38,142 nt of DNA, from positions 1 to 38,142 of IMG/VR virus record IMGVR_UViG_3300020044_008842; one strand, written 5' to 3'. The DNA is from a virus (lineage: Duplodnaviria; Caudoviricetes). Positions 1-10,180 of this stretch are shown here, in pieces. The notes beneath the pieces were generated by a model. The model saw only the letters and a program-made list of their open reading frames with translations. It did no database searches and had not been told where the DNA came from. A program made the translations under genes and the position numbers. How positions within the stretch are numbered: the stretch's first letter is position 1; each line of letters opens with the position of its first letter.

Positions 1-121
1 TCCAAGGTGCTCTTGCAAAGCGTCGAGACGAACTCACTGATCCTTTTCTCGTAGCCACGATTGAAGAGCGCTTTCGTGGCCTAGCACAACGCTCGCTGCA
101 GATCATCGCAGACAAACTCGA
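1..121. repeat. Terminal direct repeat (identical to 38022-38142); circular-assembly overlap
   Basis: Exact 121-bp match between the window ends, and one ORF reads through the join. Confidence 0.97.
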
Positions 122-305
122 AACCACACAGAACACGGACCTTGCCCTTAAGGCCCTAGATATCTCCACAAAGGCTCTCGGGTTCGGCGCGCGGGCCGCA
201 GGGACATCGAACACCCAAAACAACTTCGTCATCCAGCTCCCTCCCAAGATCGTCGAAGCCGGCGACTGGGCCGCCCAGCACCGGACTATCGAACACAATG
301 GCTAA
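1..305 (+). CDS. terS: Putative terminase small subunit, 3' part
   Basis: Frame continues ...IEERFRGLAQRSLQIIADKLE...LGFGARAAGTSNTQNNFVIQLPPK...HNG* to TAA at 303-305, overlapping the ATG at 298. Confidence 0.65.
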   Translation, partial: QGALAKRRDELTDPFLVATIEERFRGLAQRSLQIIADKLETTQNTDLALKALDISTKALGFGARAAGTSNTQNNFVIQLPPKIVEAGDWAAQHRTIEHNG

Positions 306-1491
306 GTGGGTCCATCTCTCGACTGGCGTGCCTTCCCCTGAGGCCTTCGGCACGACCGCGGGCCAGGGAACCCCACTGATCATCAATGAAAGCACTGGTC
401 AGCCCTACTATCTCTCCTCATCCAACATCGTAACAGCCACTGCTGGCGGCGGAAGCGGAGGTTCTGGGACTGTCACAAACGTAGCCCTGACCGCACCGGC
501 TGGTTTCTCAGTCTCTGGCTCCCCGATCACCGGCTCAGGCACTCTCGCCCTCACAACCACTCTCAGCGGCTACGTTAAAGGCACCGGCTCGGGCTTCACC
601 GCAGTCGCTTCCATCCCCTCAACCGACATCTCTGGCCTCGGCACTCTTGCCACCCAATCCGGGACATTCTCCGGCACTTCCAGCGGGACCAACACTGGCG
701 ATCAAACCAGTGTCTCTGGCAATGCTGGGACTGCAACTGCCCTCCAAACCCCTCGGACGATCTCGATCACCGGCAAGGCCACCGCTACTGGTGGGCCATT
801 CGATGGGTCTGGCAACCTAGCCCTAAACATCACAGCAGTCACCCTAGTCGCTGGGGACATTCCCACAATCGCCCAGTCGCAGGTGACGAACCTCCCCGCT
901 GATCTTGCCGCGAAGCAGCCCCTTGATACCCAGCTAACCGACCTCTCCGGGCTGGTCTATGCGGGTAACAGCCTCAAAGTCGTCCGAGTGAATGCCGGAG
1001 AGACTGGCTTTGAACTTGCCATCGCCTCTGGGGGCAGCGATCCGTGGACTTACATTAAACTAGCTGCGGACTTTCCAACCAGCCTCGCCACGTTCTCAGA
1101 CATCACTGGCATGACGTTCACACCCGCCGCGAATACCGATTACGAGGTCGAATGGTGTCTTATGGGTCAGACCGCGACGACAACCGTGGGTGCCCGTCCA
1201 GGCGTTTCCTATGGCACTGGCTACCAATACGGCGTGGTTGATCTTTACACACCGTCCAGCGGCACAGCTGAGACGCAGGTTCATGGCTCGATGACCACGG
1301 TTGCTGGGACAGTGCAGGCAGCAGTTGGCGGATTGCCAATCATCAACCGGACCTATGGGCATCGCGGCTACGCTTCGTTTCGATCCGATGCAGCCCCAAC
1401 GGCATTTAAGTTGCAGCTTGCCAGCGAAACTGGGGGAACTACCGTTACCGTCAGGGCTGGCTCCTTCTTAAAATACAGGATTATCCCATGA
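298..1491 (+). CDS. Fibre-like virion protein (head or tail fibre)
   Basis: G/S/T-rich fibre motifs (GTVTNVALTAP...SGSPITGSGTLAL; GNAGTATALQTPRTISITG; KQPLDTQLTDLSGL) and a C-terminal beta-rich domain. Confidence 0.7.
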   Translation: MAKWVHLSTGVPSPEAFGTTAGQGTPLIINESTGQPYYLSSSNIVTATAGGGSGGSGTVTNVALTAPAGFSVSGSPITGSGTLALTTTLSGYVKGTGSGFTAVASIPSTDISGLGTLATQSGTFSGTSSGTNTGDQTSVSGNAGTATALQTPRTISITGKATATGGPFDGSGNLALNITAVTLVAGDIPTIAQSQVTNLPADLAAKQPLDTQLTDLSGLVYAGNSLKVVRVNAGETGFELAIASGGSDPWTYIKLAADFPTSLATFSDITGMTFTPAANTDYEVEWCLMGQTATTTVGARPGVSYGTGYQYGVVDLYTPSSGTAETQVHGSMTTVAGTVQAAVGGLPIINRTYGHRGYASFRSDAAPTAFKLQLASETGGTTVTVRAGSFLKYRIIP

Positions 1492-2762
1492 GCACTTTCA
1501 CCGCAGATTTGACTTTTGGACCTTACCAAGCTGGCTACGAACTCGATGGTTCTTGGAACCAGCGCACTCTGCGGTATAACACCCTCAGCGATGCGATTTA
1601 CCGAGCCTCGGTTCTTCAGCCAGCTGTGGCAGTTTTTAACAACCGGGCTTCTGTCTCGGTGATTATCCCGATCTTCGGCGACAGCATCACCGAGCGGTTT
1701 AACAGTTACACCTACGGCCTCGGCTGGCAGGACCTCTTCGCCCAGGCTCTCCGCACAGCGTTCCCAACTACCGGCGCGACGGGGCAGAGTGGCTCGGCTT
1801 ACGTCCCGTCCTTCTACTCCCACTCACCCAACGCTTGGACCGGCACGCAGTCTTACATAGTCGGCTCCGACACCGGCACGGTCAACGAGGGGGCAAGCGG
1901 CCTTTTCTCCGGGCACGTTGTCACCCTCGGCAGTGTAGGCGCCTCGCGCAGCTATAACTGGAGTGGCACCAGCTTCCGCTTCCCCTACGCAGGGTGGACC
2001 GGCGTTTACGGCTCGTTCCGCCTGCAAGTCGACGGTGGCACCACCCCCGGCACGGATCAGTTCGACATCACCTCGACCGGGGCTGACTCAATTGAGCTGT
2101 TCACCTCGCCGACCTTCGCCGCAGGCGCGCACACCTTGAAGGTCACCGCACTGACTGTGGGCGGCTCGACGCTTAGCGTTGCCTACCCCGGCGTGATCTT
2201 CCACAATGGGGATGAGACCAAGGGCATCCTCACCCTCGACGGTGCTCACCAGACATGGCGCCCGCAGGACTTCCTCACCAGCGGCCAGAACGCGATGGCG
2301 GCACTGAACGTGCTGACCTCCTTCGGCGATGTGCCTTTCATCATCATCGCACTGACGACCAACCCTTACATCTTCCAAGACGCCCTCGCGACGTTCACCA
2401 CGAACCTGACGTCTATGGCTTCGCAGGCCCGCGCTGAAGTCGGGGACACCAACTGCCCCATCCTGTTCGTCTCCTTCACCCAGCCGGGTGACGTGGCAAC
2501 TCGGGCGATCCCCTTCGTAGGCACTGCGGGCACACCGGGGTATATCACGACTGTTGATGCCTTCTGCGACAGTGATGGTAAGTCCGCTCATCTCAAGATG
2601 GGCAACAACGGACTAGTCACCCCTCCTGTCCTACCCACTGTCGATCCCACTGGCGTGTGGTCGGGTGATGGTATCCACCCAACGACCTTTGGCCAAGCCA
2701 CGATGGGGACCATCGCAAGCACGACTATCGTAGCAGCCCTGCAGTCCCTCGGGGTTAGCTAA
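1488..2762 (+). CDS. SGNH/GDSL-family esterase, putative polysaccharide deacetylase or receptor-binding protein
   Basis: Block I FGDSITE and block V GDGIHP, with a beta-rich insertion between them; ATGA-coupled to the fibre gene. Confidence 0.75.
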   Translation: MSTFTADLTFGPYQAGYELDGSWNQRTLRYNTLSDAIYRASVLQPAVAVFNNRASVSVIIPIFGDSITERFNSYTYGLGWQDLFAQALRTAFPTTGATGQSGSAYVPSFYSHSPNAWTGTQSYIVGSDTGTVNEGASGLFSGHVVTLGSVGASRSYNWSGTSFRFPYAGWTGVYGSFRLQVDGGTTPGTDQFDITSTGADSIELFTSPTFAAGAHTLKVTALTVGGSTLSVAYPGVIFHNGDETKGILTLDGAHQTWRPQDFLTSGQNAMAALNVLTSFGDVPFIIIALTTNPYIFQDALATFTTNLTSMASQARAEVGDTNCPILFVSFTQPGDVATRAIPFVGTAGTPGYITTVDAFCDSDGKSAHLKMGNNGLVTPPVLPTVDPTGVWSGDGIHPTTFGQATMGTIASTTIVAALQSLGVS

Positions 2763-4234
2763 TGTCCGCTGAGCAGACCATCCTCTGGAAGCCACAAGAA
2801 GGCCCTCAAACCGCACTAATTCAGTGCCCGGTTTTCGAGGTATTCTACGGCGGGGCACGTGGGGGCGGCAAGACCGAATCCTCCATCGGAGACTGGCTCC
2901 AGCACGCTTCCACCTACGGCGAAAATGCCATCGGCATCTTCGTCCGACGGAAGTTCAAACAGCTGGCCGAGGTCATTGCTCGCACAAAGCTCATCTTTCC
3001 CAAGCTCGGGGCCAAATACAACGAGCAGAAAGCCGAATGGCTCATGCCCGGAGGCGCGCGGCTTAAGTTCGTCTACCTCGAAAGGGACTCCGATGCGGAA
3101 GAATACCAAGGCCACAACTACACCCGAGTCTACGTCGAGGAAGTTACCAACTTCCCCTCCTCCGCCCCTATCGACAAGCTCCGTGCAACGCTCCGCAGTG
3201 GTGCTGGCGTGCCTGTCGGTATGCGTCTTACTGGCAACCCTGGGGGTCCTGGGCATAACTGGGTAAAAAAGCGCTATATCGACCCCGAACCTCGGGGATA
3301 TAAGCTCATCCGCGAAGAGTGCGAAGTGGAGGTGGACGGTGTTAAACAAGTTGTATTCCTCGAACGGGTGTTCATCCCGTCGAAGCTGGGCGATAATGTC
3401 CTCCTGCTCCGTAATGATCCTACTTACGTCCTGCGTCTCCGTCAATCTGGGTCCGAAGCCCTCGTTAAGGCCTGGCTTGAAGGAAACTGGGACATCGTCG
3501 ACGGAGCCTACTTCACCGAACTCGACGAGCAGCTTCACAGCAGGCCTGGAGATATCATCCGATGGGCCCCGCCTTCAACTATCCGGTTCCGTTCCTTTGA
3601 CTGGGGTAGTGCGAAGCCTTTCTCAGTTGGTTGGTGGGCAATCGCGGACGGAACCTGGCCGAAAGACAACCCGCTCCCTTCCGGCTCGATCTTCCGATAC
3701 CGGGAATGGTATGGAGCCTCAGGGGTCAACAAAGGCCTCGGAGCCACAGCAGACTATGTCTCCCGAGAAATCCTTGCAAGAGAAGAAGGCGAGAGAATCC
3801 GCTACGCTGTTGCAGACCCAGCGATCTTTATTCGCAACGGTGGGCCTTCTATTGCTGAGTCTATGTCTCGCTGTCGCTGGCGTCGGGCGGATAATAAGAG
3901 GCTACCGGGCTGGGAAGCCATGAGGCAGCGGATTGTCGGGGAAGGCGGCGTGCCGATGATGTATATCGCAGAGGATTGTGAGGATTTCTGGCGCACCGTC
4001 CCGACACTTCAGCACGATGACAAAAACGTCGAAGACCTCGACACGGACGGTGAGGACCATATCGCAGATGAAGTCCGTTATGCTTGCATGTCCCGCCCAT
4101 GGGCACCAAAGATTGCCAAACCCTCGACCGGACTGATGCTTCCGCAGCTTCCCGGGGAAATGACTTTCACGCAATTAGTCGAGCGGAATCAGGCCCGACG
4201 GATACAGAAGGAACACGACAGTGCCTACACCTAA
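2762..4234 (+). CDS. terL: Terminase large subunit
   Basis: Walker A YGGARGGGKT, Walker B VYVEE, coupling motif TGNPGG, nuclease motifs FDWG and DHIADEVRY. Confidence 0.95.
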   Translation: MSAEQTILWKPQEGPQTALIQCPVFEVFYGGARGGGKTESSIGDWLQHASTYGENAIGIFVRRKFKQLAEVIARTKLIFPKLGAKYNEQKAEWLMPGGARLKFVYLERDSDAEEYQGHNYTRVYVEEVTNFPSSAPIDKLRATLRSGAGVPVGMRLTGNPGGPGHNWVKKRYIDPEPRGYKLIREECEVEVDGVKQVVFLERVFIPSKLGDNVLLLRNDPTYVLRLRQSGSEALVKAWLEGNWDIVDGAYFTELDEQLHSRPGDIIRWAPPSTIRFRSFDWGSAKPFSVGWWAIADGTWPKDNPLPSGSIFRYREWYGASGVNKGLGATADYVSREILAREEGERIRYAVADPAIFIRNGGPSIAESMSRCRWRRADNKRLPGWEAMRQRIVGEGGVPMMYIAEDCEDFWRTVPTLQHDDKNVEDLDTDGEDHIADEVRYACMSRPWAPKIAKPSTGLMLPQLPGEMTFTQLVERNQARRIQKEHDSAYT

Positions 4235-6293
4235 CCTCCCCGCTGTCGTCGCAGTCCAGCCGGAGCTTTCCCCGGAGCAGTCCGAGGGGCTTTACAAAAC
4301 CTGGATGCAGCATATCGACGATGCGCTGAAGCGGGAGAAGAAATACCGCGAAAAGGCCCAGAAGGTTGTCGATCTCTACGAGGCGAAGAATGCTGACGAA
4401 AGCCCCTTCGCAATTGTCTACTCCAACACTGAAGTTCTCGTCCCGGCGCTCTACAACGCCAGGCCAATCCCCATGGTCACTCGGAGATTTAAGGACGCTG
4501 ACCCGATCGGTAAGGCTGCTGCGGAGGTTTCCACTCGGACGCTGAAGTTCCTCGTCGATACCGAGTGTGAGAACTACGATGGTTTCGATGACCTGATGCA
4601 AGCTTGTGTCCTCGACGCTGTCGTCACGAATCGAGGGCTGACGCGATTCAAGTATGTCCCGAACAGCACCATGCCAGAATGCGTTTACGGTGAAGCCGTT
4701 CGCTGGGATAAGTTCTTCCACGGCTATGCGAGGACTTGGAAAAAGGTCCCTTGGGTCGGGTTTGAGTGGGACATGTCGAAGGCGGAGATGCAGCGGAATT
4801 TCCAGGGCATTCCTCTGGATTTCAAAAACACCTCGGGCCTGGATGACGAAAACTCCTCGGATCACAGCGAATCTCGGGAAGAGCGGACTGGTGTTCAGAC
4901 CTGGAAAGTCTACGAAATCTGGGATAAGGACACGCGGAAGGTAATGTTCTTCTCGGCGGTGTATGGCAAAGGCCCGCTGCGGATGGTGGATGATCCGCTT
5001 GGCCTTTCCAGCTTTTTCCCAGTCCCCCGTCCGCTGAACTTCATGCGGAAGATTTCGACACTGGTTCCGACGCCGCTTTACGAGCACTATCGGCAGCAGG
5101 CCCAGGAGTTAAACGACATCACTCGTCGGCTGAAGGCGATTATCAAGGCCATCAAGTTCCGGGGAGCCTACAATTCCGCAGTCGAGGGCATCGAGCGTAT
5201 GCTCAAGGCCGACGACAATGAACTCGTGCCGGTGGAGAATGTTCAGTCCATGCCTGATGGCACCGGGATGGATAAACTGCTCTGGATCGTCCCGGTGGCG
5301 GAACTTGCCCAAACGGCCCAGAACCTCTATCAGCAGCGGGAGTCTGTCAAGCAGGTGATCTACGAGATCACTGGCATTTCAGACATTCTCCGTGGGGCTT
5401 CGGTAGCCTCGGAAACCGCCACGGCGCAGAATATCAAAAACCAGTGGGGAACCCTGCGTCTGAAAAAGATGCAGAAGGAGGTTCAGCGCTACTGCCGTGA
5501 TGCCCTGGCGATTATGCTAGAGATCGCCGCTGGGAAGTTCGAGATCGAGACCTTGCAAGCCATGACGGGCCTCCCGTTCATGAAGCAGGCGGATAAGCAG
5601 CTGCTCACCCAACAGATGCAGCAGGCGCAGGCGGGGGCACAAGCCTCGGGCCAGCAACTCCCTCCGCCACCTCCGGCATTGCAAGAGGCCCTCAACCACC
5701 CGACTTGGGAACAGGTTGTCGGGCTACTGCATAATCAGGTGTCGTTGCACTACAAAGCTGACATCGAGACGAACTCCACGATTGATGCCGAGGCTGCTCA
5801 GGATAAGCAGGATATTTCCGAACTCCTCAATGCTCTGAGTCAGTTCCTCAACGGCCTCGGGCCTATGATTGAAAAGGGAATTCTGCCCTTCGAACTGGCC
5901 AAGCAGATGCTCTTGGTCATCACCCGGAGGTATAACTTTGGGAGTCAGTTGGAAGACATGCTCCTTGGTATGACGACTCCGCCGCCGACACCTGATGCAA
6001 ACGCCGATCCCGCGAAACAAGCCCAGGCACAGGCGGATATTGCCAAAGCACAGCTTGACATGCAGAAGTCCAAGCAAGATGCAATGCTGTCCCAACAAGA
6101 GTTTGAACAGAAGAAGCAACTCATGCAGTTGCAGCTTCAAATCGAGCAGGCCGAACTCGAGATCAAGCAAAAGGAACTCCAAATGCAGCAGCAGGCTTTG
6201 GATATGAAACTCCAGGCCCAGCAAGCCCAGCATGCGATGAAGATGGAAGCCCTTCGATCCAAAGCCGTGGAGCCGAGTCATGCCCCTGTATGA
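4221..6293 (+). CDS. Portal protein with Q-rich C-terminal coiled coil
   Basis: 690 aa gene after terL; SETATAQNIK motif; long C-terminal helical barrel-like region as in P22-type portals. Confidence 0.88.
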   Translation: MPTPNLPAVVAVQPELSPEQSEGLYKTWMQHIDDALKREKKYREKAQKVVDLYEAKNADESPFAIVYSNTEVLVPALYNARPIPMVTRRFKDADPIGKAAAEVSTRTLKFLVDTECENYDGFDDLMQACVLDAVVTNRGLTRFKYVPNSTMPECVYGEAVRWDKFFHGYARTWKKVPWVGFEWDMSKAEMQRNFQGIPLDFKNTSGLDDENSSDHSESREERTGVQTWKVYEIWDKDTRKVMFFSAVYGKGPLRMVDDPLGLSSFFPVPRPLNFMRKISTLVPTPLYEHYRQQAQELNDITRRLKAIIKAIKFRGAYNSAVEGIERMLKADDNELVPVENVQSMPDGTGMDKLLWIVPVAELAQTAQNLYQQRESVKQVIYEITGISDILRGASVASETATAQNIKNQWGTLRLKKMQKEVQRYCRDALAIMLEIAAGKFEIETLQAMTGLPFMKQADKQLLTQQMQQAQAGAQASGQQLPPPPPALQEALNHPTWEQVVGLLHNQVSLHYKADIETNSTIDAEAAQDKQDISELLNALSQFLNGLGPMIEKGILPFELAKQMLLVITRRYNFGSQLEDMLLGMTTPPPTPDANADPAKQAQAQADIAKAQLDMQKSKQDAMLSQQEFEQKKQLMQLQLQIEQAELEIKQKELQMQQQALDMKLQAQQAQHAMKMEALRSKAVEPSHAPV

Positions 6294-6690
6294 CATCATT
6301 TGCCCAGAGGCCCACAAGTCCGAACGGTTCATCCCTCTCGAAAAGTTCGAAGAGCCGATAATCTGTGCTTGTGGGCTACCCGCTCGGAGGGCCATATCTG
6401 CCCCCATGTTCACGGTGGATCATACGGGTTATTCCTGCCCTGTCACAGGGGACTGGATTGGCTCGAAAGCGGCCCATCGAGAAAACCTCGACAAGCACGG
6501 ATGCCGGGTTCTCGAAACTGGCGAAACCGAGCAATACAAGTCGAGCAAAGCCCGCGAGGAGGCTGAGTTCGACAAAAAGATCGAAGCCACTGTGGAGAAG
6601 ACCATCGAAACCTGGTCGTCGGATAAGAAAGAAGCCCTCCATAACGAACTCGTGAATGGTAAGCTCGACGTTGCAATCGAGCGGAAATAA
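6280..6690 (+). CDS. FmdB-like zinc-ribbon protein
   Basis: MPLYDIICPEAH...ICACG pattern; lies between portal and scaffold. Confidence 0.7.
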   Translation: MPLYDIICPEAHKSERFIPLEKFEEPIICACGLPARRAISAPMFTVDHTGYSCPVTGDWIGSKAAHRENLDKHGCRVLETGETEQYKSSKAREEAEFDKKIEATVEKTIETWSSDKKEALHNELVNGKLDVAIERK

Positions 6691-6702
6691 GGAACCTGCC
6701 CC

Positions 6703-7740
6703 ATGTCAAAGACCCAAACCGAATCCACAGAAACTCAGCAGACTGAAGACTTGTCTTCGGCTCTCGAAGACATCTCCTCCGAGTTGTTCGGGCAGGGCGA
6801 TGAAGGGGGCGATAAAGAGTCTGACGCTGCTGAGGGGGAGCAGGTCGAGCAAGCGCAAACGGCTGATTCCCCGGCTACTGCTGCAGCCGAACCTGCTCCC
6901 CGAGAAACCGTGGCTGAGAACTCGGAAGAAGTTCAGGAAACCGGCGCGCCGAAGACTTGGACGAAGGAAGCTCTGGCCGAGTGGGCAACGCTTCCCCCGA
7001 GGGCGCAGCAGGAGATTCTCAAGCGTGAGGAAGATTACTTCCGGGGGATTTCGCAGTATAAAACAGCTGCGGAAGTCGGCCAGCGGTATGATTCGGTCGT
7101 CGAGCCTTATCGCCCGATTCTGGCTGCGGAGAACATTGATCCGGTTCAGTTGTTCCAGTCCTTCGCGGCGAACCATTATCTCCTGAGCCGGGGCACTCCC
7201 GAGCAGAAGACGCAGCTGGTTTCGCAGTTAATCCAGGGCTATGGGATTGACTTCAACGCACTGGCAGAGTATATCGGTTCGCAGGGATTGGACCAAATCG
7301 ATCCTCAGATCACGGCTCTTCGTCAAGAACTCGCTGCAGTTAAGAACACCCTGACGGGCCAACAGACCCAGCAGCAGCAGGCCACCGAAGCCCGGCTTCT
7401 CCAAGAAGTCGAAGCCTTCGCGGCCGACCCCGCTCACCCTTATTTCAATGATCTGATCGACGACATCAGTCAGCTCATGAAAGCCGGTCTGGCGACAGAC
7501 CTGCAAACTGCTTACGACAAGGCAGTCTTTGCGAACCCGACTACGCGGGAGAAGGCTATTGCGGCATTGACAGCTGCAAACCCGATCCAGGCAGCGGAGG
7601 CAACCCTCAAAGACAAGATCGCCAAGGCAACAGCAGCCGATGTGACAACCTCTCAAACGCAACGGAACGGAACGGTTCCAGTGGGTTCGATGGACGACAC
7701 GCTCACCGCAACTCTCGCGTCGATTGAGTCGCGAGGTTAA
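6703..7740 (+). CDS. Capsid scaffolding protein
   Basis: Acidic disordered N-terminus, APKTW...W..LP...Q..I.KRE motif, helical; immediately before the capsid gene. Confidence 0.8.
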   Translation: MSKTQTESTETQQTEDLSSALEDISSELFGQGDEGGDKESDAAEGEQVEQAQTADSPATAAAEPAPRETVAENSEEVQETGAPKTWTKEALAEWATLPPRAQQEILKREEDYFRGISQYKTAAEVGQRYDSVVEPYRPILAAENIDPVQLFQSFAANHYLLSRGTPEQKTQLVSQLIQGYGIDFNALAEYIGSQGLDQIDPQITALRQELAAVKNTLTGQQTQQQQATEARLLQEVEAFAADPAHPYFNDLIDDISQLMKAGLATDLQTAYDKAVFANPTTREKAIAALTAANPIQAAEATLKDKIAKATAADVTTSQTQRNGTVPVGSMDDTLTATLASIESRG

Positions 7741-7755
7741 CCTAAGGATTGAAAC

Positions 7756-8727
7756 ATGGCTACTCCCAGTTCAACCTTCACCGAGCTGGTTTCCACCACC
7801 TGGCGGAACCACTCGAAGGACGTGAAGGATAACGTATCGCGCAACAACGCGCTGTATGGCCGACTGACTTCGAAGAAGAACATGCGACTGGAAGATGGTG
7901 GTTTGACCATTGCCCAGCCGCTGGACTACAACATGAATGGCACGTATCAGCGCTATTCGGGTTACGACATTCTGAATATCCAGCAGTCTGATGTCATCAC
8001 GGCGGCGGAATATCAGTGGCGGCAGATTGCCCTCAACGTCGTGGCTTCGGGTCTGGAACTCCGCGTGAACTCTGGCGGCAACGCCATTGTGAAGCTGGCC
8101 AAGGCTCGCATCAAGAACGCAATGCGGACTTTCAAGAACAACTTCTCCTACGATCTCTACTCCGATGGCACGCTGCCGAATCAGGTCAACGGGCTTCAGG
8201 CTCTGGTGGCTGACGCTGGCACTGGCACCGTTGGTGGTATCGACTCGTCGGCTTGGTCGTTCTGGCAGAATGCAGTTCAGTCGGCCGCGGCTCCGCTTCA
8301 GGGTGGTGGTGCGATCACCCCGAGCGCGACTACGATCGAAAGCCTGATGCTTCCGCTCTGGCTGAATCAGGTTCGTGGCGATGACAAGCCTGATCTGATC
8401 ATCTCGTCGAATGACTACTTCACGTTCTATGAACAGTCCCAGGTCAGCATCAAGCGCTACACGACCTCGGACGAAGCTTCGGGTGGCTTCATGTCGCTGA
8501 AGTATAAGAACGCTGACGTCATCTTCGACGGTGGCAGCGGCATTCCAGCGGCCCACATGTATTTCCTCAACTCGGATTACTTCGAGATGGTGGTGCATAA
8601 GGACGCGAACCTCGACGTTCAGGATGACATGAAGCCCTACAACCAGGATGCAACGGTGATCCCGGTGCTCTGGATGGGCAACCTCGTCTGCTCGAATCGT
8701 CGTCTTCAGGGTGTGCTGAAGGCCTAA
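7756..8727 (+). CDS. Major capsid protein
   Basis: 323 aa, AAGGA RBS, strongly biased codons, position after scaffold; HK97-type features (LYSDGT...NGLQALV; W.GNLVCSNRRLQG). Confidence 0.88.
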   Translation: MATPSSTFTELVSTTWRNHSKDVKDNVSRNNALYGRLTSKKNMRLEDGGLTIAQPLDYNMNGTYQRYSGYDILNIQQSDVITAAEYQWRQIALNVVASGLELRVNSGGNAIVKLAKARIKNAMRTFKNNFSYDLYSDGTLPNQVNGLQALVADAGTGTVGGIDSSAWSFWQNAVQSAAAPLQGGGAITPSATTIESLMLPLWLNQVRGDDKPDLIISSNDYFTFYEQSQVSIKRYTTSDEASGGFMSLKYKNADVIFDGGSGIPAAHMYFLNSDYFEMVVHKDANLDVQDDMKPYNQDATVIPVLWMGNLVCSNRRLQGVLKA

Positions 8728-8764
8728 TTCCCGGTTATTATGGAAACATAATCCCCGGCGAAAA
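8725..8764 (+). promoter_or_regulatory. 40-bp palindromic repeat, copy 1
   Basis: TAATTCCCGGTTATTATGGAAACATAATCCCCGGCGAAAA. Confidence 0.8.
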
Positions 8765-8779
8765 CGAAAGGACAGAATA

Positions 8780-9508
8780 ATGACTTACTCAGTCGTAAAT
8801 GGGACTGTCGGCACCCCGCAGATCAGTCCCTTCAATCTCCCGGACACCACTGCGCGTGTGCTTCCGGGCACGATCCTCGATGCGGTTGACCCTTACTGGG
8901 GCGGCGCGGAGTTCATCTATTGCAAGGCTGCTGGCTCCATCCGCCAGTTTGGTCTTGTGGTGCTTACCCCGAGCTTTGCTTCAGGTCAGGTCGTCTACAA
9001 CGCCACGGAAGTTCCGAACACGGCCAACCTTGGTCGGACTGTCGGTGTGGCGATGACGATTGCCACTTCGGGCCAGTTCATCTGGGTCTGCATCAGTGGT
9101 GTGGTTCCGGTGAACAGCTCGGCGGCTGTCGCGGCCGACACGACCTTCGGCATTGCTGCTGCGGGTCAGGGCGGGGCTAACTCGGCCGGTAAGCAGATCC
9201 TCAACGCCCGCGTTGTGGTGGCTTCGACGCAGACTGTGGCCAAGGCCGGTTGCACCGCGAACAGCGGCTCGACTCGACTGCTGGTCCCGAGTGCCGATGG
9301 CTGGTTCATCGGGGCTTACCTCTCCGGCACTGGCATTGCTGCGGCAACGACTGTCTCGGACATCGACCCCAGTGGCACGATCGTGACCCTCTCGACAGCT
9401 ACCACGGCGGCTGTTGCTGGCACTGTCACGGCCACCTACAACAACGCGACTGTTTACTACAACATCGCGCACATCAATCGTCCGTTTGCTCAGGGGGCTA
9501 TCACTTAA
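8780..9508 (+). CDS. Capsid decoration/cement protein
   Basis: A/G/T/V-rich beta protein directly after the capsid gene; GAAAGGA RBS. Confidence 0.65.
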   Translation: MTYSVVNGTVGTPQISPFNLPDTTARVLPGTILDAVDPYWGGAEFIYCKAAGSIRQFGLVVLTPSFASGQVVYNATEVPNTANLGRTVGVAMTIATSGQFIWVCISGVVPVNSSAAVAADTTFGIAAAGQGGANSAGKQILNARVVVASTQTVAKAGCTANSGSTRLLVPSADGWFIGAYLSGTGIAAATTVSDIDPSGTIVTLSTATTAAVAGTVTATYNNATVYYNIAHINRPFAQGAIT

Positions 9509-9520
9509 GCAAACGTGCGT

Positions 9521-9557
9521 CTGTGGGGGGAGTTGTCCAGGCTCCCCTCACAGTTCT
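9521..9557 (+). terminator. Hairpin, probable terminator after the capsid genes
   Basis: CTGTGGGGGGAG...CTCCCCTCACAG stem with a weak T tract. Confidence 0.5.
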
Positions 9558-9577
9558 CCTGCCCGAAGGATTTTGAA

Positions 9578-10177
9578 ATGTCAGATAATCCAAGACCTGC
9601 CTATGTAACCTTCGAAGTCCGTGCTGTGGAAGATCGCACGGCTTCTGTCGAGACCGGACACTTCGCGTCTAAGGATGTTGTGTTCGCTGTTATCACGCCA
9701 GCTGGCACAAAGGACCGGATCGAAAAGGTCGCGGAAGAGTGGCTGAAGGGTGTTGAGGAAGGCGTGAATCAAGAGCGCATCCCACAGACTTGGCTTGTGG
9801 CTTATCAACAGGCTTATAAAGCATTCTGCGAATCCCAGACTGATCCAGAGTTTGGAACCGCTGTGAGTTCTTGGCCCGCCGTTTCGCCCTCGCAGGTCAA
9901 GTGCCTCCTCGACGCAAATATCCGCTCGGTGGAAGATCTGGCCGAAGCCAATGAAGAAGCCCTTGCCCGTATCGGCATGGGCGCTCGGGCATTGAAGCAG
10001 AAGGCCCAGGCTTGGCTCGATGCCGCCAAGGACACTGGCAAGACTGCCGCAGAACTTGCCTCGCTCCGGACTGAGAATGAACGCCTCAAGGTCCGTGATG
10101 AAGAGCGTGAAAAGCAGCTTGCCGATCTGGCAAAAAAGGTTGAAGTCCTCGAAGGGGCTTCCAGCAAAAAGGGCTAA
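9578..10177 (+). CDS. Hypothetical protein of the head module (HhH-like segment, C-terminal coiled coil)
   Basis: GAAGGA RBS before ATG 9578; NIRSVEDLAE...IGMG segment. Confidence 0.7.
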   Translation: MSDNPRPAYVTFEVRAVEDRTASVETGHFASKDVVFAVITPAGTKDRIEKVAEEWLKGVEEGVNQERIPQTWLVAYQQAYKAFCESQTDPEFGTAVSSWPAVSPSQVKCLLDANIRSVEDLAEANEEALARIGMGARALKQKAQAWLDAAKDTGKTAAELASLRTENERLKVRDEEREKQLADLAKKVEVLEGASSKKG

Positions 10178-10180
10178 TCC

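Noticed and set aside
1-121. Biological terminal repeat
   Set aside because: It falls mid-gene and has a k-mer-like length, so it is most simply an assembler circularisation overlap
10130-10143. A_AAA_AAG slippery site near the end of the 9578 gene
   Set aside because: The -1 frame hits TGA almost immediately, and no stimulatory structure is evident
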